Positions 34,095 to 41,921 of a DNA stretch of 41,921 nucleotides are shown here, one piece after another; the stretch's first letter is position 1, and the number at the start of each line of letters is the position of its first letter. The translations under genes and the position numbers were made by a program. The stretch is from Eubacteriales bacterium (lineage in GTDB: Bacteria; Bacillota; Clostridia; Oscillospirales; QAKW01): assembly GCA_045659565.1 (NCBI GenBank), contig JAZOXD010000223.1, forward strand, positions 1 to 41,921, written 5' to 3'. Below the pieces are notes generated by a model. That model was not told the DNA's origin. It did no database searches and saw only the letters and a list, made by a program, of their open reading frames with translations.

Positions 34095-36614
34095 TTATTT
34101 CATTTTGAATACCAATTCTTTTGCAATGGTTTGCTCTTCAAAAAGAATACCATCTTCCCGCTGTTCAAAGGGGATTTCCTTGCCGTCAGCGTAAACTGCT
34201 GTGACCTCACCCTTTAGCATAACCTTCGCCAGGTTCAAAAAGCCCTTCTGCAAAAGAATCCGTTGCTCGGCTCCGTCGCGTTCAAAGGTACCCCAACCGG
34301 TTCCAACACCAAAGAAGGACTTAAAGGGTCCTTCCGTAACGGGGGCAAACCCAATGGTCTTTCGGGGCAGATCAAAGGTCAAACCGCTAAAAATGGGGAA
34401 GAGGGCAAAGGCCGCCATCACCCGGGCATAGTTGCTGCCGCATTCGATCTCGTTCCAGGGGTTGCGCTTTTTACCGTCGTAACGATCCCGGATGGCCTTC
34501 ACCACCCGCAGTCCCTCTTCCAAAAAGCCCTCCTGGATCAAAAGCCCGGCAAAGGCGTATTCAAATCCGGTCATACATTCCTCGCAATAGGGAATGGGGA
34601 TCACAGGCTTTTGCCGCCCTTCGGGATAATCGCACATAATGGCGCCCGCTTCGTCGTTCAAGGCAAAAACCCGCCAAAGGTTCGCTACCTCCCGCATCTT
34701 CGGCTTAAAGTTATAGTTCATCATATTCCGCAAAGCAACCTTCCGTTGCTCTGCATCAAAAATATCACCCAAGCCGCAAAGATTTGCGTGCCATTGGCCC
34801 AAAAGCTGGTCAATCTCACAGCCCTCGGCAATCTGGTATTTCAATTGCTCGCGCTCTGCATTCCAATATTCGGGAACGTTGAAATGCTCCGTGTATCCCT
34901 TGTTGGAAAGATCCACTTTTTGAATGAAATATTCTCCGTTAAACAGGTTCTCTTTTGTAAAGGTATATCCTTTTTCAAAAAGGTTGGTGTATTCCTGAGT
35001 CTTTTCCGGCTCACCTAAGAATTCTGCCATCTCTGCTGCGGCCTTCAAAGCGGCGCAGTAAAGACCCTGCAACCAGCCGGAGGGCCCAAAAAGCTCCATA
35101 TCCAGGGTGTGGTGTTGGCGCCCTTCCAGAACGCCGTCCTTGTCCCGATCCCATTCGTAAGCGTTTTCCGGGCTCCAGGCAAATTCCAGAATCAATTTAA
35201 CGTTTTCCCAGTTTTCCTTCAGCCATTGGCTGTTCCCGGTCAGTTTCCAATCTCGGTAAATCTTGATCACTGTGGCCATCTGCCCATCTAAGCAGGGATG
35301 GAAGGCACTTTTGCCGCGTCCCAGGGGCAGATGGGTGCGGAACCGCATCAGCCCGCTTCCTTCAGTATCGTAGCGGAATTCCGTATCCCGCAGGCTTCGC
35401 TCCAATTCGGGGAAGAGGTAGCAAAGGGCATAAGCATAACTCCAAACATGGGTGCAGGTTCCCTCGCAGCTTCCCTTTCTTTCGCTGACCCCCTCCCATC
35501 CGTAGAAGGTGCCGTCCTCCAGCCGCAAAACGGTGGGAGATTTCAATACCTCCAGGGAGGCGGTGGCCGCATCAATAGCGGCGGGATCCAAGGTGGATCC
35601 GTGCATCGCCTTGCGGAATTGCTCCGTTTCCCGATAAAGTCGCCGCCAATGCTTCAGCCCGTAAAAAGCGGAGGCAGCAGAGGTTTTAAAACGGGTGGCA
35701 TAATAGTTTTTCCAAAGAATATCCTTGCCCTCTTCGTCGGTATAGGGCTTCCAATAGTTATAGCAATTAGGGCAATTCCAGGAAAGAATAAAGCGAAATT
35801 TCTCGCTCCTTTTCGCATCGATCACCGCCTCTGCGGCTAGGGTGCAATGGTCCTTTTCCCCCGGCTCCTCATAATGCCGCGGAATCAGATCTCCGGTGGT
35901 GAAATCATACCAAAAGGCAGAGATTCCGTCCTGCCATCCGCCCCGATACCAATACTCCTGGCACCGCCCGTCGGGTCGGTCCAAGGCAAGGGTCAGTTCG
36001 CCGTAATCCCGTTCATCGGGGATAAGTCCTGCGTGCTTCAGGGTAACGGCGGTGTATTTCTTGTTGGATGTAACGTGGTTGCTTCCAATCTCAAAGGGAT
36101 TTTTGGCCGCCATGGCAACGGTGTATTTCACGCCCTCCACCTTGCTTTTGATCTCAATTTCAAAAAAGGCGGCGGGGATACCCGAATCCTCCGCATTCAG
36201 GGGAATAAAGGGATTAAAGGCTTTTAAAATCACCTTGGCGGGGAAGGATTCGTCCTCAAAGGTCAGGGTCGCAATGGGAAAAGCTCCGTCAAATTTTGTC
36301 TTTTCAAAATGGGGCAGCCCGGCCAAGGTCCCCCCATCGGGCCCATAGCCGAATCCGCTGTGCCCCGTGGGGTTGGAATAGGTTCCCGAAAGATCCTTGG
36401 TCCAATCCCCCTGCAACACTTTGGACACCGTTTTACCGTCAGGAAATTCTGCCCGCAGGGCAAAAAAGGTATATTGATTAATGCTCCCCTTGTTGGGTCG
36501 ATTAAAAATTTCCCAATCCACTAAACAACCGTATCCGTTCAGCCCGATGGAACCGGTACCAATTCCGCCCAAAGGAAAACTGATCTCATTCAGTTGTTCT
36601 TTTTGATAAATCAT
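34095..36614 (-). CDS. Glycoside hydrolase family 116 (GBA2-type beta-glucosidase / glucosylceramidase-like)
   Basis: 839 aa. The N-terminus (FPLGGIGTGSIGLNGYGCLVDWEIFNRPNKG) and the size match GH116. No signal peptide. SD AAGGAG. Confidence 0.85.
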   Translation of the reverse strand: MIYQKEQLNEISFPLGGIGTGSIGLNGYGCLVDWEIFNRPNKGSINQYTFFALRAEFPDGKTVSKVLQGDWTKDLSGTYSNPTGHSGFGYGPDGGTLAGLPHFEKTKFDGAFPIATLTFEDESFPAKVILKAFNPFIPLNAEDSGIPAAFFEIEIKSKVEGVKYTVAMAAKNPFEIGSNHVTSNKKYTAVTLKHAGLIPDERDYGELTLALDRPDGRCQEYWYRGGWQDGISAFWYDFTTGDLIPRHYEEPGEKDHCTLAAEAVIDAKRSEKFRFILSWNCPNCYNYWKPYTDEEGKDILWKNYYATRFKTSAASAFYGLKHWRRLYRETEQFRKAMHGSTLDPAAIDAATASLEVLKSPTVLRLEDGTFYGWEGVSERKGSCEGTCTHVWSYAYALCYLFPELERSLRDTEFRYDTEGSGLMRFRTHLPLGRGKSAFHPCLDGQMATVIKIYRDWKLTGNSQWLKENWENVKLILEFAWSPENAYEWDRDKDGVLEGRQHHTLDMELFGPSGWLQGLYCAALKAAAEMAEFLGEPEKTQEYTNLFEKGYTFTKENLFNGEYFIQKVDLSNKGYTEHFNVPEYWNAEREQLKYQIAEGCEIDQLLGQWHANLCGLGDIFDAEQRKVALRNMMNYNFKPKMREVANLWRVFALNDEAGAIMCDYPEGRQKPVIPIPYCEECMTGFEYAFAGLLIQEGFLEEGLRVVKAIRDRYDGKKRNPWNEIECGSNYARVMAAFALFPIFSGLTFDLPRKTIGFAPVTEGPFKSFFGVGTGWGTFERDGAEQRILLQKGFLNLAKVMLKGEVTAVYADGKEIPFEQREDGILFEEQTIAKELVFKMK

Positions 36615-36634
36615 TGCTCGTTCTCCTTTATATC

Positions 36635-36646
36635 GTGTACGTACAC
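36635..36646. promoter_or_regulatory. Perfect 12-bp palindrome (candidate operator, LacI/CcpA-cre-like half-sites) in the GH116 leader
   Basis: GTGTACGTACAC lies between the predicted -10 and the SD of the GH116 gene. Confidence 0.45.
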
Positions 36647-36661
36647 AATGTTATATTATTT

Positions 36662-36690
36662 ATTATAATGATGATTATTTTGCGTGTCAA
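36662..36690 (-). promoter_or_regulatory. Consensus sigma-A promoter of the GH116 gene
   Basis: Minus strand: TTGACA (36690-36685), 17 nt, TATAAT (36667-36662). Confidence 0.65.
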
Positions 36691-36700
36691 CTTAGACAAT

Positions 36701-36741
36701 AAAAAAAGGCTACGAAAGATTTTCGTAGCCTTTTCGGTTTT
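36701..36741. terminator. Bidirectional-type intrinsic terminator after the oxidoreductase gene
   Basis: AAAAAAAGGCTACGAAA-gat-TTTCGTAGCCTTTTCGGTTTTT: 12-bp stem with A and T tracts. Confidence 0.8.
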
Positions 36742-36743
36742 TA

Positions 36744-37904
36744 TTAAACGGTGGGAATCTCTACTTCGATTTCCTTCCCGGCGTTGGCGCTCTTTACGAT
36801 GCCGTCCAGAATAGCCTGATTGTTCACAATCTGGCTGGTGGGAACGGGAGCTTTGCCGCCGTTCTTATGGGCATCCACAAAGGAACGCAGTTTCAGATAG
36901 AACAGATTTTCTTTGGTGGTCAGGATGGGAATTTCGGTTTCAACGCTTTCGCCGGCCACGTCGTGGTAAACTTTCATAGCGCCACCAACGGTGCCGTTCC
37001 AACATTCGGTGGAGGGAATCCGCAAAGAGCCCTTGGTACCCATGATGATGGTATCACCGGAGGTGTCCAGGTGCATTGCCCAAGCAATTCTGAAGTCCAG
37101 GGTGATGCCGCCTTCCAAACGGATAAAAGCAGCAGCAAAATCGTCAACGCCAAAAATGTCGGCATATTCGGCGGGCTTGTTGCGGGCTACCCAATATTCC
37201 TTGCTCTTACCGAAGAAATCGGACTTCATGGCGGAAACGGTCAGGGGCTTGGGGTTGCCCAAAGCGTTCATTACCATATCCAAGGAATAGCAACCAATAT
37301 CGCCCAAAGCGCCGATAGCGCCCTTGTCTGCTTCGATGAAGGAGGTGCCGTAGGGAGCGGGGATCCCCTTTCTGCGGCCACCGCCGGTCTGAACATAATA
37401 GATGTCACCCAGTTCGCCGGATTGAACGATCTTTTTGATCATCTTCATGTTCTCGTCCATTCTGGGCTGGAAGCCGATGGAGAGCAGTCTGCCGGTTTCT
37501 TTTTCAACCTTCATAACCTCGATGGCCTCTTCCAAGGTCACGGTGAAGGGCTTTTCCAGCATAACGTCCACGCCGGCCTTCATTGCCTGGATGGCGCAGG
37601 GAGCGTGCTGAGAGTTATAAGTACAAACGGAAACGATGTCCAGGTTTTCCTTGGCCAGCATCTCTTCGGTGCTTTCGTAGCAGGCGGCGCCTTCCACTTC
37701 CATCTTTTCGAAGAATTTTGCAGCCTTGCCGGGGATAATATCGGAACCGGCAACGATCTCAACGTCGGGGCAAAGCTTGTAATTCTTTACGTGAGCTTCT
37801 GCGATCCAGCCGCAACCGATAATACCAACGCGCACCTTCTTAGTGGTATCTACCGCAGGTCCACCTTGTTCAATGTTAAAGTCCAAAGCCTTATCTTCAG
37901 CCAT
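36744..37904 (-). CDS. Gfo/Idh/MocA-family NAD(P)-dependent oxidoreductase
   Basis: 386 aa. VRVGIIGCGWIAEAH Rossmann motif, VMLEKPF motif. SD AGAGGT. Confidence 0.85.
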   Translation of the reverse strand: MAEDKALDFNIEQGGPAVDTTKKVRVGIIGCGWIAEAHVKNYKLCPDVEIVAGSDIIPGKAAKFFEKMEVEGAACYESTEEMLAKENLDIVSVCTYNSQHAPCAIQAMKAGVDVMLEKPFTVTLEEAIEVMKVEKETGRLLSIGFQPRMDENMKMIKKIVQSGELGDIYYVQTGGGRRKGIPAPYGTSFIEADKGAIGALGDIGCYSLDMVMNALGNPKPLTVSAMKSDFFGKSKEYWVARNKPAEYADIFGVDDFAAAFIRLEGGITLDFRIAWAMHLDTSGDTIIMGTKGSLRIPSTECWNGTVGGAMKVYHDVAGESVETEIPILTTKENLFYLKLRSFVDAHKNGGKAPVPTSQIVNNQAILDGIVKSANAGKEIEVEIPTV

Positions 37905-37941
37905 ATTTGGTTTACCTCTTTTCTAAAGATTTATTATCTTA

Positions 37942-37970
37942 ATATTAATATGAAATCTGCTGAAAGTCAA
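37942..37970 (-). promoter_or_regulatory. Candidate sigma-A promoter of the oxidoreductase gene
   Basis: Minus strand: TTGACT (37970-37965), 17 nt, TAATAT (37947-37942). Confidence 0.55.
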
Positions 37971-38046
37971 CAATTATTTCCAGATATTCCTGCAATTTTT
38001 CTATCTTTTTTCATAGATTGATAAAGAAAGGAGCGTGTTTTGTAAT

Positions 38047-39171
38047 ATGATGGTTTATACGATCCAACCGGGGGATTCCCTTTATCAGATCGCCCGGCGC
38101 TTTGGAACAACGGTGGAACGGCTGGTGGAGGCCAATGGGGTGGATCCCAATAAGTATCTGGTGATCGGCGATAGCCTGGTGATTCCGGCACCGGTGGGTC
38201 AGCGCCCGCCTCTGGAGGTCAATGGCTATGCCTATCCTTTTATCGACCGCAATAATCTGATGCGGGCTCTGCCTAATCTTACTTATCTTTCCCTGTTCAG
38301 CACCGGCATCACCGAAGAAGGGGGACTGGTGCCCCTGCAAATGGAAGAGGAAGTCATTCGCCTGGCCCGCTCCCGGAATACGGTGCCCCTTATGGTGCTC
38401 ACCTCCATTGATGAAACCGGAGGCTTCAGCGGTGAGCGGGCGGCTCGCTTTTTGGATAATCAAGCTGCCTGGACGGTGCTGATCGAAGGGCTGAAAAAGG
38501 CGTTGAATGAGCGGAACTACGGCGGCGTGGATGTGGATTTTGAATATCTGCCGCCCCGGCTGGCCGCCACCTATGCGCAATTCATCAATCGCTTGCGGCA
38601 GGAACTGGCACCGATGCCGGTGTTTGTGGCCCTGGCGCCTAAAAAGAGCAGCGAACAGCGGGGCTTGCTTTACGAGGCTCATAATTATGCCGCCTTGGGC
38701 GAAGCCGCCAGCGGCGTGTTGGTAATGACCTATGAATGGGGGCATACCTATGGTCCCCCCATGGCTGTGGCACCCCTGGATCAGGTTTCCGAAGTGCTGG
38801 AATATGCGGTAACCCAAATTCCCGCCAATAAGATTCTGATGGGCCTTCCCAATTATGGCTATGACTGGCTTCTGCCCTATGAGGAAGGGCGCCCGGCCCG
38901 CTCTATTGGGAACTATGAAGCCATCGCCCTTGCCCGGAAATATGGGGCAGAGATCCAATTTGATGAAAAGGCCCAATCTCCCTGGTTCCGCTATTATGAT
39001 GCCCAAGGCAATCAACACGAGGTCTGGTTCGAGGATGCCCGCAGTTATCAGGCAAAGCTGAGGCTGGTTCAGCGTTTGGGACTAAAAGGGGTCAGTATCT
39101 GGAACCTGATGCGCTGGTTCCGCCCCCTCTACACCTTATTGGATGGGATGTTCGAAATCCGTAAGTTTTAA
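38047..39171 (+). CDS. LysM-domain glycoside hydrolase family 18 protein (YaaH/SleL-like spore peptidoglycan hydrolase type)
   Basis: One LysM (YTIQPGDSLYQIARRFGTTVERLVEANG) followed by GH18 with the catalytic motif YGGVDVDFEY. The start is uncertain (ATG 38047 or 38050; the GTG at 38035 is too close to the SD). Confidence 0.8.
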   Translation: MMVYTIQPGDSLYQIARRFGTTVERLVEANGVDPNKYLVIGDSLVIPAPVGQRPPLEVNGYAYPFIDRNNLMRALPNLTYLSLFSTGITEEGGLVPLQMEEEVIRLARSRNTVPLMVLTSIDETGGFSGERAARFLDNQAAWTVLIEGLKKALNERNYGGVDVDFEYLPPRLAATYAQFINRLRQELAPMPVFVALAPKKSSEQRGLLYEAHNYAALGEAASGVLVMTYEWGHTYGPPMAVAPLDQVSEVLEYAVTQIPANKILMGLPNYGYDWLLPYEEGRPARSIGNYEAIALARKYGAEIQFDEKAQSPWFRYYDAQGNQHEVWFEDARSYQAKLRLVQRLGLKGVSIWNLMRWFRPLYTLLDGMFEIRKF

Positions 39172-39172
39172 C

Positions 39173-39201
39173 TTGCTTTTGAATAACGAAAGGTGTATAA
39201 T
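39173..39201 (+). promoter_or_regulatory. Candidate sigma-A promoter immediately upstream of the MATE gene
   Basis: TTGCTT (39173-39178), 17 nt, TATAAT (39196-39201). Only 11 nt separate the -10 from the ATG at 39213. Confidence 0.4.
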
Positions 39202-39212
39202 CCCCGTGGGAG

Positions 39213-40565
39213 ATGAGGATGTTGAGACTGGAAAAAGAGCAAAAGCGATTATGCTATAGCATTATATTTCCTGCCCTCTTTGAAACGATATTGAACCAAC
39301 TGTTTCATATGGCAGATAGCATTATGCTGGGGCAAATGCCCAATTCCACCATGGCGGTGGCGGCGGTGGGACTGTGCGGTGCACCGATTAATCTGATCAT
39401 TAACGTGTCGGCCAATTTCTTTATTGGTACTACCGCGACCGTCGCTTGGTATTACGGTGCAGGTAAGAAAAAGAATATGCGTTCCGTCGCTTGGCAGGCG
39501 ATGCTTTTGGCCTTTGCTGTAGCAACGGTCATGAGCGGGGCTTGCCTGATCTTTGCCCGCCCCATAATGAACTTTATTTGTAACGAGGGAGAGGTGCTGG
39601 AACTTGCCGCCAGCTATTACCGGATCAATGCGATCGGGTTCTTTTTCCAAATTATGACCTTTAGCATCACCGCCTGCTTCCGTGGGATCGGCGTAACCAA
39701 GCTGCCCATGATCTATAACCTGATCGGCGGTGGGGCAAACGTACTTTTAAATTATTGTTTCATATACGGCAAATTCGGTTTTCCGTCCTTGCGGTCCGAC
39801 GGCGCCGCCTGGGCAACCAGTATTTCCAAAATGCTGATCTTTGCCATTGCATTAAGTATTCTGCTGATCAAAAAGACTGAACTTCGCTATCGGAAGGACG
39901 TTTCCTTCCGGCCGGATGAAGCTTTTATAAAGCGCCTTTTGCCGATCGGCCTTTCCGCTGCCGGGGAACAGATCGTTTTGCAGAGCGGTGGTGTTCTGAT
40001 GGCCAAGGTCTTGGCATTTCTGCCGGTGGCACACGTGGCGTCCAACCAGATCGTGAACAGTATGGAATGTATCGCCTGGGCCAGCGGCGGTGCCTGCTCG
40101 GTGGCATCTACCTCGCTGTTCGGTCGCTCCTTAGGCGAAAATAACCCGGAAAAGGGTAAGGCTTACCTGCGCTTTATCCTGAAGTGGGCACTTTTATTTG
40201 CCTTGGCAGAGGCCGCACTTTTCGTAGCTTTCGGGCGTCCCCTGGCGGCGCTCTTCAGCAATGACCCAAGCCTCTATCCCGTGATCACAAGGATTATGCT
40301 GATTGCGGCGGCAATGCTGCCCCTGATCGGAACCCATCCTTCCATCAGCGGTGCTTTAAGAAGTGCCGGCGATTCCATTGCTCCGCTAACTGCGGCGGTG
40401 ATAAGCCTTTGGATTTTTCGGGTGGCGCTGGGCTACGTTGTGGTGGCGGTGCTGGGGTTGGGCATCTATGCTTACCGCTGGTGCATCTTTGCTGACCAGC
40501 TGGTGCGGTTGATCGTGGTGGCAACCTTCTACCTGACCGGCCATTGGAAAAAGAAGTTGAAATAA
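39213..40565 (+). CDS. MATE-family multidrug/toxic-compound efflux transporter
   Basis: 450 aa, 12-TM-like. The N-terminus (IIFPALFETILNQLFHMADSIMLGQ) and the duplicated half structure are typical of MatE. Confidence 0.85.
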   Translation: MRMLRLEKEQKRLCYSIIFPALFETILNQLFHMADSIMLGQMPNSTMAVAAVGLCGAPINLIINVSANFFIGTTATVAWYYGAGKKKNMRSVAWQAMLLAFAVATVMSGACLIFARPIMNFICNEGEVLELAASYYRINAIGFFFQIMTFSITACFRGIGVTKLPMIYNLIGGGANVLLNYCFIYGKFGFPSLRSDGAAWATSISKMLIFAIALSILLIKKTELRYRKDVSFRPDEAFIKRLLPIGLSAAGEQIVLQSGGVLMAKVLAFLPVAHVASNQIVNSMECIAWASGGACSVASTSLFGRSLGENNPEKGKAYLRFILKWALLFALAEAALFVAFGRPLAALFSNDPSLYPVITRIMLIAAAMLPLIGTHPSISGALRSAGDSIAPLTAAVISLWIFRVALGYVVVAVLGLGIYAYRWCIFADQLVRLIVVATFYLTGHWKKKLK

Positions 40566-40567
40566 CA

Positions 40568-40603
40568 CAAACACCCGCAATGCCTTGCATTGCGTGTGTT
40601 TTC
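40568..40603 (+). terminator. Intrinsic terminator after the MATE gene
   Basis: ACAC-c-CGCAATGC-ctt-GCATTGCG-t-GTGT, followed by TTTT. Confidence 0.75.
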
Positions 40604-40691
40604 GTAATATAATCTTATTATATCGTTATTTTATGCAAGAAAAACAAAATCAATCGTTATATAATTATAGTATTAAAACGGAGGTGATCAG

Positions 40692-41921
40692 ATGGAGACT
40701 CTATTAAAGTATTCCAAGCCTGCTACAAATTTTAACGAAGCCTTACCCTTGGGCAACGGAACCCTGGGGGCTATGGTGTATGGGGGGATTCAAAAGGATC
40801 GAATCTCTCTGAACCACGATACCCTTTGGTCGGGCTACCCCCGCACCTATCTGCAGCACGGCGCTTTTGAAGCCTATTCCAAGGCGAAAGAACTATTGCT
40901 GGCGGGGGACGTAACCGCCGCCGAAAAGGAACTTGGCAATGGCTATTTCTCCCAATGGAGCCAGGCCTATATGCCTATGGGCAATCTTTGGATCGAAGCC
41001 GAGGCAGGGGAGGCGGCTGATTATCGCCGCACCCTGGAACTTTCTACTGCGGTAGCATCCGTTCGGTGCGGCAGCTCTCAGCGGGAATATTTTGTGTCCC
41101 ATCCGGAACAATGCCTGGTTGTACGTTATAAAAGCGAAAAGCAAAATTATCGGTTGTCCATGGATAGCCTTTTGCGCCACGGGGTTTCGTTGCAAGGGAA
41201 CACCCTGATTCTGCAGGGCACTTGCCCCGCAGACGTGGATCCTCATCCTCCGGAGGGGAAGGAGAACGTTACCTACGGCGAAGGTGGGATGCCCTTTGCT
41301 TGCGCCATTCGGCTGGTTACCGACGGTACGATCCTGCCCGAGGCAGATGCCCTTCGGGTTGAGAATGCTTCAGAACTGACCGTTCTGCTCTCTGCCGAAA
41401 CCGGCTTTGTTTCTTTTGATCAACAGCCCCAAAAGGAATGCCTGCAGCCGGTGTTGGATCGGCTTTCCGCCGCCGAGCAAAAATCCTATGCGCAGTTAAA
41501 AGCGGACCATCTGGCCGATTATTCCACCTATTTCAATCGGGTCACCTTTTCCCTGAATTCTATCCCCTCTGATCTGGATACCGATCTTCGTCTGGCGGCA
41601 GAGGATAAGGATATGGGGCTATATGAACTGCTCTTTCACTTTGGCCGTTATTTAACGATTTCCGGCTCCCGCCCCGGGAGTCGGGCAATGAATTTGCAGG
41701 GAATCTGGAACGAAGAACAGTTGCCGCCCTGGCAATCCAACTACACGGTGAATATCAACACCGAGATGAATTATTGGCCCACCCTGCCCTGCAATCTGCC
41801 GGAGTTTAACGGCCCCTTGCTGGATCTGGTGCAGATGATCCGTAAGACCGGTAAGTCCATTGCGGCCCATTATTATCACGCTCCCGGCTTTGTGGCACAC
41901 CACAATATTGACCTTTGGGGC
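40692..41921 (+). CDS. Glycoside hydrolase family 95 (alpha-L-fucosidase type), 5' partial; runs off the window
   Basis: My own translation of an open frame of 410 codons: METLLKYSKPATNFNEALPLGNGTLGAMVYGG...DTLWSG...MNLQGIWNEEQLPPWQSNYTVNINTEMNYWP. These are GH95 N-terminal and catalytic-region hallmarks. SD GGAGGTG. Absent from the ORF track because no stop lies in the window. Confidence 0.85.
   Translation, partial: METLLKYSKPATNFNEALPLGNGTLGAMVYGGIQKDRISLNHDTLWSGYPRTYLQHGAFEAYSKAKELLLAGDVTAAEKELGNGYFSQWSQAYMPMGNLWIEAEAGEAADYRRTLELSTAVASVRCGSSQREYFVSHPEQCLVVRYKSEKQNYRLSMDSLLRHGVSLQGNTLILQGTCPADVDPHPPEGKENVTYGEGGMPFACAIRLVTDGTILPEADALRVENASELTVLLSAETGFVSFDQQPQKECLQPVLDRLSAAEQKSYAQLKADHLADYSTYFNRVTFSLNSIPSDLDTDLRLAAEDKDMGLYELLFHFGRYLTISGSRPGSRAMNLQGIWNEEQLPPWQSNYTVNINTEMNYWPTLPCNLPEFNGPLLDLVQMIRKTGKSIAAHYYHAPGFVAHHNIDLWG

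Noticed and set aside
37975-38030. Possible sporulation-sigma promoter (CATAGATTG, ATATT) upstream of the LysM-GH18 gene
   Set aside because: The spacing between the ATATT and CATA elements is about 23 nt, which is too long for sigma-E. No AC element lies at the sigma-K -35 position. This is a pattern match by chance in AT-rich DNA.
40622-40659. Direct repeat of ATCGTTAT (30 nt apart) upstream of the GH95 gene
   Set aside because: Only 8 nt are repeated, in a very AT-rich spacer. This is expected by chance and cannot be called a regulator site without comparative data.
1-41921. Search by eye for CRISPR arrays, tRNA/rRNA genes, riboswitch or T-box leaders, intact IS elements, prophage genes or toxin-antitoxin pairs
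   Set aside because: No regularly spaced direct repeats were seen. No intergenic region longer than about 330 nt lacks an explanation, and no cloverleaf-like or conserved leader structures were recognised. All 5' leaders are short. Small ncRNAs cannot be excluded without covariance-model scans.

Overview
This 41.9-kb window reads as a chromosomal segment of a spore-forming Clostridia gut anaerobe; that guess rests on SLH anchoring, spoVB-like and LysM-GH18 genes, strong GGAGG Shine-Dalgarno (SD) sites and hairpin terminators. I support 35 intact protein genes, densely packed on both strands, plus one doubtful 27-codon ORF. I saw no rRNA, tRNA or CRISPR array, and the only mobile-element trace is a short transposase relic.

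Gene content, in order:
- A GGGtGRT-family protein of unknown function.
- Glycan-foraging enzymes: GH29 and GH95 fucosidases and a GH116 glucosidase.
- Three AraC-type regulators, one beside the GH29 gene; the other two flank different genes.
- A more AT-rich block: an AraC regulator, an enolase-superfamily enzyme and two Gfo/Idh/MocA oxidoreductases.
- A metallophosphoesterase, and a URO-D-like protein with a divergent AraC regulator.
- A BlaI / BlaR1-like / Nif11-like small-protein operon.
- spoVB-like, GlpP-like antiterminator and beta-CASP nuclease genes.
- A MurNAc recycling operon: HTH-fused BadF/MurK-type kinase, murQ and a GH-like protein, followed by an amidase gene.
- A polar amino-acid ABC transporter and an ArsB/NhaD-type permease.
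- A DUF45/M48 peptidase next to a 2041-aa SLH-anchored surface protein.
- PAP2 phosphatase, a third Gfo/Idh/MocA oxidoreductase, LysM-GH18 and a MATE efflux pump.

The candidates I consider most worth follow-up:
1. The BlaI/BlaR1-like module with a non-PBP sensor domain and an overlapping Nif11-like, GG-motif peptide gene.
2. The XRE-HTH::MurK-type kinase fusion heading the murQ operon.
3. A perfect 15-bp terminator hairpin that buries the SD of the amidase gene.
4. The GlpP-like antiterminator paired with a beta-CASP nuclease, with no glycerol genes nearby.
5. An array of eight His/Cys-rich repeats in the giant surface protein.
6. A 45-nt relic of the GGGtGRT gene about 8 kb from the intact copy.

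All homology calls come from motif recognition by eye. No database search was run.
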